The notes under the pieces are model-generated. The model did no database searches. It worked only from the letters and a program-made list of their open reading frames with translations, and was not told the origin of the DNA. A DNA stretch of 64,000 nt from assembly GCA_947178305.1 (NCBI GenBank), contig CAMWXV010000002.1:16676-80675 (forward strand), written 5' to 3'. The position numbers and the translations under genes are program-made. This DNA comes from an uncultured Porphyromonadaceae bacterium (lineage in GTDB: Bacteria; Bacteroidota; Bacteroidia; Bacteroidales; Muribaculaceae). Position 1 is the first letter of the stretch. Each line of letters starts with the position of its first letter. Shown here piece by piece: positions 11,211 through 20,194 of this stretch.

Positions 11211-11432
11211 ATGAACATGAAAAACTCCATTCCAGTGCGCATTGCACGTTTTTATATCCAAGGCTTCCGCTCCATGACTGTGGGGCGCAAACTGTGGGCT
11301 TTGATATTAATCAAGGTTGCAATACTGATGCTGGTGTTCAAACTATTCTTTTTTCCAAACATATTACAAGAACGATATTCCACCGATGCGCAAAGGGCGC
11401 AGGCGGTGCGCACAACCCTTATTTCACGATAA
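11211..11432 (+). CDS. DUF4492-like small membrane protein associated with cytochrome bd
   Basis: FYIQGFRSMTVGRKLWALILIKVAILMLVFKLFFFPN; directly upstream of cydA. Confidence 0.85.
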   Translation: MNMKNSIPVRIARFYIQGFRSMTVGRKLWALILIKVAILMLVFKLFFFPNILQERYSTDAQRAQAVRTTLISR

Positions 11433-11470
11433 TTAAAAAACTACTTTAACTCAACCTTACGATTCTGCTT

Positions 11471-13036
11471 ATGGACGACTTGACGACAGTTGTTGACTGG
11501 AGCCGATTGCAATTCGCACTCACCGCCATGTATCACTGGCTGTTTGTGCCTCTCACCCTGGGACTTTCCGTGATTGTCGGCATCATGGAAACTATCTATT
11601 ACCGCACCAAAAACCTCCACTGGTTATCACTGACAAAGTTTTGGATGCTTCTTTTCGGTATTAATTTTGCGGTGGGCGTGGCCACCGGCATAATACTTGA
11701 ATTTGAGTTCGGCACCAACTGGAGCAATTATTCATGGTTTGTGGGCGATATTTTCGGTGCGCCTTTGGCCATAGAAGGACTGTTCGCATTCTTTATGGAG
11801 AGCACGTTCATTGCGGTGATGTTCTTCGGTTGGAAAAAGGTAAGCCCAGGATTTCACTTGGCTTCAACATGGCTCACAGCACTTGGCGCATCTATTTCAG
11901 CGCTATGGATTCTGGTGGCCAACGCATGGATGCAATATCCGGTGGGTATGGAGTTCGATCCGGCTCAGATGCGCAATGTGATGACCGATTTCTGGGCCGT
12001 GGCACTGTCGCCTGTGGCTATCCACAAGTTTTTTCACGCAGTGTTCAGCGGATGGGTTCTTGCCGGCATATTCGTGACCGGAGTGAGCTGCTGGTTCCTG
12101 CTCAAAAATCGCCGCAGAGGATTTGCCATATCATCAATAAAGGTGGGCTCAGGGATAGGCCTAATCGGCATGATTCTCACCCTGTGGACCGGTGACAGCT
12201 CGGCTGTGGATGTGGCCAGAGTGCAGCCCATGAAACTGGCCGCCATGGAGGGATTATACAACGGACGCTGCGCACAGCCGCTGTCGGCCATAGGCATAAT
12301 CAATCCGGCCAAGGCCATAGACAACGACGAAGACCCATATCTGTTTGACATATCAATACCTTACGGACTGTCAATGCTGGCCACGCACGACCCTAATGCT
12401 TTCGTGCCCGGCATCAACGACCTTATTGACGGCATAGAGCTGACTCCGCAAGGCGACACCATACGCCATGATTCATATGCCGCGCGCATAGCCATGGGGA
12501 AACGCGCCCACGAAAGCCTGCGGGCTTTTGACGCCGCAACCGCGGCCGGCAACAAGGCTGCTGCCGATTCGGCCGCACAAGCGCTCAAAGCCGACTATAA
12601 ATATTTTGGTTACGGATATTTCTCGTCCCCATCTCAGGCTGTGCCGCCTGTGGCCCTGACATACTATTCATTCCGCACCATGGTAGGAATCGGAACTCTA
12701 TTGCTTTTTGTGCTGATTGCGGCCTTATGGATTGCCTACAAACGCCCGCAACTACTTGAACGCAAATGGATATTGTGGATAGGCATGATAAGCATACCGC
12801 TGGTATGGGTATGCTCAGAAGCGGGATGGGTTGTGGCCGAAGTTGGCCGCCAACCCTGGATAATACAAGACCTTATGCCTGTAACAGCCGCCATAAGCGA
12901 CATATCAGCAGCTTCAGTGCAAATCACATTCTGGATGTTTGCTGTGGTTTTCACGGCATTCCTTGCCGCCGAGATGTGCATCATGCTCAAGCAGATTTCC
13001 AAAGGCTCAAAATCCACAGAAATAACAATCCCATAA
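11471..13036 (+). CDS. cydA: Cytochrome bd ubiquinol oxidase subunit I
   Basis: SRLQFALTAMYHWLFVP, EFGTNW, QPMKLAAMEG, EVGRQPW. Confidence 0.97.
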   Translation: MDDLTTVVDWSRLQFALTAMYHWLFVPLTLGLSVIVGIMETIYYRTKNLHWLSLTKFWMLLFGINFAVGVATGIILEFEFGTNWSNYSWFVGDIFGAPLAIEGLFAFFMESTFIAVMFFGWKKVSPGFHLASTWLTALGASISALWILVANAWMQYPVGMEFDPAQMRNVMTDFWAVALSPVAIHKFFHAVFSGWVLAGIFVTGVSCWFLLKNRRRGFAISSIKVGSGIGLIGMILTLWTGDSSAVDVARVQPMKLAAMEGLYNGRCAQPLSAIGIINPAKAIDNDEDPYLFDISIPYGLSMLATHDPNAFVPGINDLIDGIELTPQGDTIRHDSYAARIAMGKRAHESLRAFDAATAAGNKAAADSAAQALKADYKYFGYGYFSSPSQAVPPVALTYYSFRTMVGIGTLLLFVLIAALWIAYKRPQLLERKWILWIGMISIPLVWVCSEAGWVVAEVGRQPWIIQDLMPVTAAISDISAASVQITFWMFAVVFTAFLAAEMCIMLKQISKGSKSTEITIP

Positions 13037-13047
13037 TCTGATAAAAC

Positions 13048-14184
13048 ATGGAACTACAATATCTTCAAAACTATTGGTGGCTGCTCATTGCCGTGCTCGG
13101 GGCGGTACTCGTGTTTCTGCTTTTCGTTCAAGGCGGACAGTCAATGCTGCTACAGCGCCTCAAACATACCGAACGATCAATGATGGTAAATTCCTTAGGA
13201 AGGAAATGGGAACTGACATTCACCACGCTGGTGGTATTCGGCGGCGCATTCTTCGCCTCGTTTCCATTGTTCTACTCCACCAGCTTCGGCGGTGCCTACT
13301 GGCTATGGATGCTTATACTGATAAGCTTCGTGCTCCAAGCGGTGAGCTACGAGTTCCGCTCCAAACAGGGTAATCTGTTCGGCACCCGCACCTACGACAC
13401 ATTCCTGTTTATCAACGGATGCATGGGGTGCATACTGCTCGGCGTGGCCGTGGGAACCATGTTTTTCGGCGCAGAGTTCACTGTGGCCAAAACGAACATT
13501 CTCAACGCATCGGCACCGGTGATATCGCAATGGGCACCCACGCGCGGCCTTGAAGCGATAACCAACTGGCGATGCCTTGTGCTGGGACTCACCGTGCTGT
13601 TTCTTGCACGCACCCAGGCTTCGCTATACTTTCTGAGCAACCTGCGCGGAGAAGCGGAACTCGCACAGAAGAACCGCCGCTCCACACTGATCAACGGTTC
13701 GGTGTTCGTGGTGCTGTTTCTGCTATTCGTGTATCTGCTGCTCACCGCCGACGGAGTGCAATACGACAGCGATGGCAACATGACAGTGGTAAGCTACAAA
13801 TACCTCACCAACTATATTGAAATGTGGTGGACGCTCGTGATTCTGCTAATCGGCGTAGTGCTGGTGCTGACAGCCATTGTATGGAGTGTGCTCACCCCTA
13901 CATTCACCAAGGGGATATGGCTCAGCGGCATGGGAACGATACTGGTGGTGCTGACACTGTTTTTCGTGGCCGGATACAATAACACGGCCTACTATCCATC
14001 GCTGCTTGACACGGCATCGTCGCTGACCATACGCAACAGCTCTTCCACACAGTTCACACTCACAGCGATGAGCTATGCGTCAATGCTTGTGCCATTCGTG
14101 CTGGCCTACATATGGTACGTGTGGCGCAAGATGGATGCCAAACCCATAACCGCAACAGAACTTAGATCCGGACATAAATATTAA
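13048..14184 (+). CDS. cydB: Cytochrome bd ubiquinol oxidase subunit II
   Basis: GRKWELTFTTLVVFGGAFFASFP; follows cydA. Confidence 0.96.
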   Translation: MELQYLQNYWWLLIAVLGAVLVFLLFVQGGQSMLLQRLKHTERSMMVNSLGRKWELTFTTLVVFGGAFFASFPLFYSTSFGGAYWLWMLILISFVLQAVSYEFRSKQGNLFGTRTYDTFLFINGCMGCILLGVAVGTMFFGAEFTVAKTNILNASAPVISQWAPTRGLEAITNWRCLVLGLTVLFLARTQASLYFLSNLRGEAELAQKNRRSTLINGSVFVVLFLLFVYLLLTADGVQYDSDGNMTVVSYKYLTNYIEMWWTLVILLIGVVLVLTAIVWSVLTPTFTKGIWLSGMGTILVVLTLFFVAGYNNTAYYPSLLDTASSLTIRNSSSTQFTLTAMSYASMLVPFVLAYIWYVWRKMDAKPITATELRSGHKY

Positions 14185-14213
14185 TTCATAAATAACACAC
14201 CCTCTATTTATGC

Positions 14214-14244
14214 AACCAGGCGGACAATGTCCGCCTGGTTTTTT
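14214..14244 (+). terminator. Intrinsic terminator of the cyd operon
   Basis: AACCAGGCGGACA/TGTCCGCCTGGTT perfect stem plus T-run. Confidence 0.88.
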
Positions 14245-14311
14245 ATCAAAAAGTTTTTGTTTGCAGGTTAAAAATATGCACAAAGCTATTGCACAGTAAT
14301 TTGCGAATGCG

Positions 14312-14319
14312 TAACTTTG
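14312..14319 (+). promoter_or_regulatory. Sigma-A -7 element (TAACTTTG) of rplU-rpmA
   Basis: TAnnTTTG with TTG about 20 nt upstream. Confidence 0.65.
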
Positions 14320-14412
14320 TGGGCAATTTTTCCGCACCGGGCTTGGATGCAAGAGAGGAGCCACATTGGAGCCTCCGCCCGACGGGTTAACTTATTCAAT
14401 CGTAACATTAAA

Positions 14413-14733
14413 ATGTACGCAATTGTAGAAATTCAAGGACAGCAGTTCAAGGCTGAGGCCAACAAGTTCTTGTATGTTCATTATCTCGGCGATGCCACTA
14501 AAGAAGGTGACAAGGTAGAGTTTGACCGCGTTCTCCTCGCTGAAGCCGACGGCACTGTGAAAGTGGGCGCTCCCACTGTGGAAGGTGCAAAAGTAGTGTG
14601 TGAAGTGCTCACTCCCCTTGTAAAGGGCGACAAGGTAATCGTGTTCAAGAAGAAACGCCGCAAAGGCTATCGTCGCAAAAACGGTCACCGTCAGTGCTTC
14701 TCCAAAGTGTTAATTAAAGAAGTAGTTGCTTAA
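14413..14733 (+). CDS. rplU: 50S ribosomal protein L21
   Basis: [13 protein letters not shown]...[21 protein letters not shown]. Confidence 0.98.
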   Translation: MYAIVEIQGQQFKAEANKFLYVHYLGDATKEGDKVEFDRVLLAEADGTVKVGAPTVEGAKVVCEVLTPLVKGDKVIVFKKKRRKGYRRKNGHRQCFSKVLIKEVVA

Positions 14734-14752
14734 CCCCTAAAATCTTACAACA

Positions 14753-15013
14753 ATGGCACATAAGAAAGGTGTAGGTAGTTCTAAGAACGGTCGTGAATCA
14801 GAAAGCAAACGACTTGGCGTGAAGATTTTCGGTGGTCAGAAATGCAAAGCCGGTAACATTATCAAACGCCAGCGCGGTACAGTTCACCATCCCGGTGAAA
14901 ACGTAGGTCTTGGCAAGGATCACACCATCTACGCTCTTGTAGACGGTACAGTGCTCTTTACCGAAGGTAAAAACGGCCGCAAGTACATCAACGTGACCCC
15001 CGCCGAGGCATAA
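14753..15013 (+). CDS. rpmA: 50S ribosomal protein L27
   Basis: [24 protein letters not shown]. Confidence 0.98.
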   Translation: MAHKKGVGSSKNGRESESKRLGVKIFGGQKCKAGNIIKRQRGTVHHPGENVGLGKDHTIYALVDGTVLFTEGKNGRKYINVTPAEA

Positions 15014-15043
15014 GCCTGCGATAAATCACGCAACAATCCCCTA

Positions 15044-15077
15044 CAGCTCTGAGGCAATGCCTCAGAGCTGATTTTTT
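15044..15077 (+). terminator. Intrinsic terminator after rpmA
   Basis: CAGCTCTGAGGCA/TGCCTCAGAGCTG stem followed by ATTTTTT. Confidence 0.88.
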
Positions 15078-15082
15078 ATCTA

Positions 15083-15142
15083 CCAATAACAGAAAGCTGA
15101 GGTAGTGCTCTTATTTGAACATTGCCTCAGTTCTGTTATTGG
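15083..15142 (-). terminator. Long imperfect hairpin, probable terminator of the convergent minus-strand gene
   Basis: Arms CCAATAACAGAAAGCTGAGGTAGTG / CATTGCCTCAGTTCTGTTATTGG. Confidence 0.6.
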
Positions 15143-15174
15143 GAAGTAATATTTGTGCTGAAGTCTTTAAGTTA

Positions 15175-15498
15175 TCAAAGGGTGATGCGGCGAGTGGATG
15201 TGCCGGCTTTAAGCAGATATATGCCCCGGGATGTAAGCTTATAACGATATACGCCGGGGGCAAGGGTGTCCTGCACTATAACCTGTCCAAGCAGTGTGAA
15301 GAGCTTCACATGCGTTTGCTGACGCACAAACACATATACATAACCTTCGTACACAGCTACAGAGATGTCATCGGGCTGTGCAACCTGCTCCACGGACACA
15401 GGAAAGCGTTCAGCACTCTCCCACGTGCGTACAGAAGCATCTGCACTCAACACTGATGCCATCACGATAATGCTTAATATTAGTTTCCGAAGGTTCAT
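15175..15498 (-). CDS. Small secreted protein consisting essentially of a T9SS C-terminal sorting-like domain
   Basis: Signal peptide; VKLFTLLGQVI...RGIYLLKAGTSTRRITL resembles a type A CTD. Confidence 0.75.
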   Translation of the reverse strand: MNLRKLILSIIVMASVLSADASVRTWESAERFPVSVEQVAQPDDISVAVYEGYVYVFVRQQTHVKLFTLLGQVIVQDTLAPGVYRYKLTSRGIYLLKAGTSTRRITL

Positions 15499-15570
15499 GG
15501 ATTTGCAAAGTTAATAATTTTTTCAAAACACCATGTGTATAGGCCGCATTTTAACACTGCCTGTATACAA

Positions 15571-15602
15571 CAATGGCTGACACCTTGCAATGCCAGCCAT
15601 TG
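15571..15602 (-). terminator. Probable terminator after the large adhesin gene
   Basis: CAATGGCTGACA/TGCCAGCCATTG hairpin about 20 nt past the stop. Confidence 0.55.
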
Positions 15603-15624
15603 GATTATGATGGGTTAAAAAATA

Positions 15625-18600
15625 CTATTTCACAAGTACTTTGACTACGGTGTCGGCAGCCTTGACCACATATACACCAGCAGCTACAGAAACGGTGGTT
15701 GTGCCTGTGGAGGTGAACATATAGAGCACCTTGCCATCAACGGCATTGACAGAAACAAGAGTGCCGGCAGGAGCATTGACGCTAATGCCATTGTATACTG
15801 CATGTATATCAATATCGTTGCTATCGGTATCAATACCGTCAATAGAGTGGCTGCCGTCGACCAAAATATCCAAAGCGGGTGAATGGATGGACTCACCGGC
15901 ATCGTACACAGCGGAAACAGCATAGGTATAAGTGCGTCCATATTCCAAACCGGAATCTATAAACTCGTAATCACCATGCTCAGTGGGTGTAATCTTTTCA
16001 CCATCGCGATAGACATTGAATCCCCAGAGTTCCAATGCAGGATGCATGGGCGAATATGTGATGTCATCAATCATCAAGGCTGTTTGCTGACTTGACACAC
16101 AATGGATGGCAAAGAACTTGGTTCCTTCAGGAAGAGCAAAGCTATAACGTGTCCACTCGTTATACGATGTCACCGCGATGGGTGAGTCACCTGATATGCA
16201 TGTGAAGTCACCAAGATCGGGAGTGCCCGAAGAAGCCCATAATTCAAAACGCTCGTTCAGGTCTGTTGTATAACCACATTTTGCATAGAAAGTGATGGTC
16301 TGAGCCTCACCGGAAAGCTGAGGAGAAATCAACCAGTCATCGTTCTTGGTGCGAGATGCAAAGCTGATAAAGCACTGGTTTCCGGAGCGAGGTTTGAGCA
16401 CAGCTCCAGCACCCGAACTTGGAGCATTGAACACAATGAATGCCTGCGGCTCACCGGCATGCTTCCATACCAAAGGTGCACCAGTGCCAAGACTAATCTG
16501 CGCGGTAACTTGCTTGTCGCAGTCAACGGTAGTCCAATCACCGATATTGTCAATAGCAAATTCGGGATAACCTTCAACATCGTCGGTCACAGTTTCTGTA
16601 TGAGGGTATGTCATAGTCTCTGTCCAAACAAGACGAGCTGACTGAATATCGGGACTCTCACCCTTTAGATCTGTAATATACGGCAACATCGGTGCAACAA
16701 GGCGAATAGTGGACTCAATGACATTATTTTCAACAGAGCCGTCTTCTTCAGCAGAAATCACAGCACGCAACTGCAAAGCGCGTTCGTGGTTCTCAAGACC
16801 AGGAGTGATAGCAAACGGAGCGAGCTTGGATTCACCGGCAGAAAGTGTTTCAATCTGTTCTGTACCAACAAGCTTGTCATCAGCAAAGAATTGCACGGTG
16901 ATGTTGCTTACAGATTCTGTACCAATATTGGCCACTTCCACATCATAGGGATTTCGTGTGCCAATAAGACAGCTTTCGCCACCTATGATACGCTGAACTT
17001 TGATTTCCTTTTCAGGCTGTTCTCCTGTTACAGACATGTTGTCAAGGTGTACTTGACCTTTGTAGTTTTCTGTTCCCGCGCTGAACACAACGGACACACG
17101 ATTGCTCTTGGCATACTTTTCAGGGAATTCCACTGTGTATTGTTCCCAACCGTTTTCGGTGTGGTAAACTTCATAGGAAGTATCAAGGATAGTCTGTCCT
17201 TCATCATCAGACACAAATCCGACACGCACATACGAACCTTGTGTATTGGTATCGTTACTGCGATAGAGATAGAATGTGAGCTTGGGATTGGCAAAACTGG
17301 ACACATCCATGCGGGGAGACACATAGTTGCCATAGCTGCGACCATAGCGTGAGCCACAGAATGACACCTGACCATAGTCGTTGTCCTGACAAGTGGCGCG
17401 AGGATCGTAGGCGGTGCCGCCATTTACCATCCAAGTGGCGCTGCTTGAGCAGTTTTCTTTGGTCCAAGTGAAGTTCTGGGTGTTCTGGCTTTTCCAAGAT
17501 TCATTGAAAGGAAGCTGATAAGACAATCCCATCATGACTTGCTTGGTTTCGGATGAAGCGCCCTCACCACCGTTGGTACGAGGTGCCACGCGATATGACA
17601 CAAACACCTGTTGACGGTTGGCAGGTATGGTAGAAGCCAAAGTGTTGTCAAAATAGCTTTCACCTTTCACACCCTGAGCGATCAGTGCTCTGTTTCCATC
17701 AACAGTACGGTATATATCGTAGGTAATGTCGTCTTCAGTAAGAGGATTTCCGTTAACACCGGTCATGGATTCAGGATAATTCCATTCAACCAAAGCCTCA
17801 CTCCAACCGTTGCGGGGAGTAAGCGTGAGATTTTCCACTGCACGAGGAATATCGGCATATGTGCTGATGCTTACAGAAGCCTGCAAACCAGCACCCGAAG
17901 CATTGGTGGCTACCACCATGTAGGTTTTAACACCTGCGCCGTAGCTATTGTCTACAAACTCAAATTCAGCTCCGGGAGTCGGCGCTTCAATGGTCTTCAA
18001 CAATTCGCCATCGGCGTTGTTACGATAAATCTTTATATTGGTGAGATCATTGAGCTGCTTGCCTTCGGCTGTGAGAGCAGGAGCTTTGAAAGTAAGTTTC
18101 ACGCCTCCACTAACCGCATTGGCAACAAGATCGGTCACTTCGGCAGGAATAGTGGTAGTTCCGTAAACAGAGATATAAATGTTATCAAGGAACATATGGT
18201 CGCTGTTGTTGCTCACATTGTGAAATCCGACGCGAGCGTCTGTTGCTTCAGGTATGAACAGACATTCAATGTTCAACGGTTGCATAGCCGAATATCCTGG
18301 GGTCTCATACTCATAGCGGCCAAGTTTGTGAGTCATAGCCTCAACTGTGGGATGGGATCCGAGTACTACGTCAACGGTATTTACACCACCCATGTAACCG
18401 TAAGTGTCAAACTGTAAACGATACACCTTGCCTTGCTCAAAAGCAATAGCAGGAGTAATCAACCAGTCATCACAACCATGATTTGTTGCGGTGGGAGTAC
18501 AATAATACCATGCAGCTTTTTGATTGGATCCGAAATACCAACGGAAACCAAAATTATTTTCATCGTTGTTGGCATCAATCACAATAAATGGCCACATAGC

Positions 18601-20154
18601 CTCACCGGAATAGTTGAATGTCTCCAAATAAGGCACAGGCCATGGTGTTCCGGCCTGGAAAAGAGAGGACACGGCATTTGAACTCTCCACTTCGCCAATT
18701 TTAGCGGACACGAGTACTTGAGACACACCCATTTTACGATTTTCAAAAGCATAGTCAAGCTCCGTGGCTGTGAGATCTGTGCCAATCTTTATTTTGTCAG
18801 GCATAAGAGTCACATCATAACGCAACATGGATTCATCAATGTATCCACCGTTCACGCTCTTTGATGCATCCCATGACACATGAATAGAGTTGCCATCTTT
18901 GTTTATATCAACAGCAAGATTGGTCGGTGCGGCAGGAGTGTCGGTACCGGCATACACGTAATCCTGAGCAGGAACCCCTTTGAATGTTCCGGCATAACAG
19001 AACACCTTTACAAGATGACTCATGCCGGACTCCAGAGCAATATTCTTTGACTTAAATGACGCTCCGGGAGCGAGTCCTGATGCTTCGTAAACAATCTCTC
19101 CATCTACAGTAACCTCGACTTTGAGATTACCTGAGAGAGTTGTGCCATCAAAGGTGAGTTTCGGCAGTGTGCATGTGACGCAGCCTGCCACAGTGCTACC
19201 GGCATCAAACACAAATTTCATGTCATTCGGTGTAGCCGGAGCTTTTGGATGACAATCTTTCAATGCAAGACCAGCCAGAATCTCCATGTTTTCAAAATTC
19301 TGCACCAATGTGGCAGTACCGGTAGTGGTGTTGATTTCAAAAAGGCCGTTGGTCCAAAAGCGCTCTTTGTCTTCATTCTCCACATATGTCTGGGCTACAT
19401 AATACAGTTTGCCATCGCGCAAGTCAAACGTAAGAGACGAGAGCGATCCGGTGTAAAGATTGATATTCATTGGAGCCACAAGTGTGGTTGTAGCGGTATT
19501 TTTATCAATCTTGTACAAGTTGGTGGGAACAGAGACTCCAGTGGGAGTACCAACGCCCCACAACTGACCGTTACCATCTGCAGCTATGGCATATATATGG
19601 GCATTGAGGTTTCCCACCTTTGTCATTGCACCAGTGGAAAGATCCACGTTTTTAAGCTCACGCTCACCTCCCATATAAACATTGTTGCCCACAGCATAAA
19701 CATTACCTGAGATATAATCCACGGTCATGTCCTCGGCGATATTGCCTGTGCCTGTGCCATAAACCTGCACTAACTCACCCTGCCATGTATCAGTATCATA
19801 TTTAGTGATAATAGACGAGTAATTAGAATAGGTATCGTTGCTTGGCACTTTGAATGAATAGTAGTATCCGTCGTAATACACGGCAGCGTCTGTCACTTTT
19901 CTTGACTCTACCATTGACAAGCGACTGAATATGTTGTCAGCGCCCGGTGTGAGTTCATAGATGGCATACTGCATGTTTGCAGCGCCGGTACTGGTCCAGT
20001 CCAGACTCTGGTTCATTGTGGCCATGAACTTCAGCTCGGACAGCTGCTGTTCAGGAGCCGACGGCAGCTCCAGAGGCTTGAACTGCTTGATTGTTGCGCC
20101 GGTCACCGCCAATGCAGCGGCAGCACCAACGCTCAGTAACAAAGATTTGTTCAT
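15625..20154 (-). CDS. Large T9SS-secreted surface protein (propeller-like N-terminus, FN3-like repeats, cleaved-adhesin/choice-of-anchor J domains, CARDB-like domain, CTD)
   Basis: Signal peptide; DDWLITP and NDDWLISP adhesin motifs; GFNVYRDGEK; CTD AGVYVVKAADTVVKVLVK. Confidence 0.82.
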   Translation of the reverse strand: MNKSLLLSVGAAAALAVTGATIKQFKPLELPSAPEQQLSELKFMATMNQSLDWTSTGAANMQYAIYELTPGADNIFSRLSMVESRKVTDAAVYYDGYYYSFKVPSNDTYSNYSSIITKYDTDTWQGELVQVYGTGTGNIAEDMTVDYISGNVYAVGNNVYMGGERELKNVDLSTGAMTKVGNLNAHIYAIAADGNGQLWGVGTPTGVSVPTNLYKIDKNTATTTLVAPMNINLYTGSLSSLTFDLRDGKLYYVAQTYVENEDKERFWTNGLFEINTTTGTATLVQNFENMEILAGLALKDCHPKAPATPNDMKFVFDAGSTVAGCVTCTLPKLTFDGTTLSGNLKVEVTVDGEIVYEASGLAPGASFKSKNIALESGMSHLVKVFCYAGTFKGVPAQDYVYAGTDTPAAPTNLAVDINKDGNSIHVSWDASKSVNGGYIDESMLRYDVTLMPDKIKIGTDLTATELDYAFENRKMGVSQVLVSAKIGEVESSNAVSSLFQAGTPWPVPYLETFNYSGEAMWPFIVIDANNDENNFGFRWYFGSNQKAAWYYCTPTATNHGCDDWLITPAIAFEQGKVYRLQFDTYGYMGGVNTVDVVLGSHPTVEAMTHKLGRYEYETPGYSAMQPLNIECLFIPEATDARVGFHNVSNNSDHMFLDNIYISVYGTTTIPAEVTDLVANAVSGGVKLTFKAPALTAEGKQLNDLTNIKIYRNNADGELLKTIEAPTPGAEFEFVDNSYGAGVKTYMVVATNASGAGLQASVSISTYADIPRAVENLTLTPRNGWSEALVEWNYPESMTGVNGNPLTEDDITYDIYRTVDGNRALIAQGVKGESYFDNTLASTIPANRQQVFVSYRVAPRTNGGEGASSETKQVMMGLSYQLPFNESWKSQNTQNFTWTKENCSSSATWMVNGGTAYDPRATCQDNDYGQVSFCGSRYGRSYGNYVSPRMDVSSFANPKLTFYLYRSNDTNTQGSYVRVGFVSDDEGQTILDTSYEVYHTENGWEQYTVEFPEKYAKSNRVSVVFSAGTENYKGQVHLDNMSVTGEQPEKEIKVQRIIGGESCLIGTRNPYDVEVANIGTESVSNITVQFFADDKLVGTEQIETLSAGESKLAPFAITPGLENHERALQLRAVISAEEDGSVENNVIESTIRLVAPMLPYITDLKGESPDIQSARLVWTETMTYPHTETVTDDVEGYPEFAIDNIGDWTTVDCDKQVTAQISLGTGAPLVWKHAGEPQAFIVFNAPSSGAGAVLKPRSGNQCFISFASRTKNDDWLISPQLSGEAQTITFYAKCGYTTDLNERFELWASSGTPDLGDFTCISGDSPIAVTSYNEWTRYSFALPEGTKFFAIHCVSSQQTALMIDDITYSPMHPALELWGFNVYRDGEKITPTEHGDYEFIDSGLEYGRTYTYAVSAVYDAGESIHSPALDILVDGSHSIDGIDTDSNDIDIHAVYNGISVNAPAGTLVSVNAVDGKVLYMFTSTGTTTVSVAAGVYVVKAADTVVKVLVK

Positions 20155-20194
20155 AAGAAATTACTTATTGTGATTTGATTGTTTTATTGCGAAT

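Noticed and set aside
11211-14184. Cytochrome bd oxidase in an anaerobe as a novelty
   Set aside because: Well established in Bacteroidales (nanaerobic respiration and oxygen scavenging).
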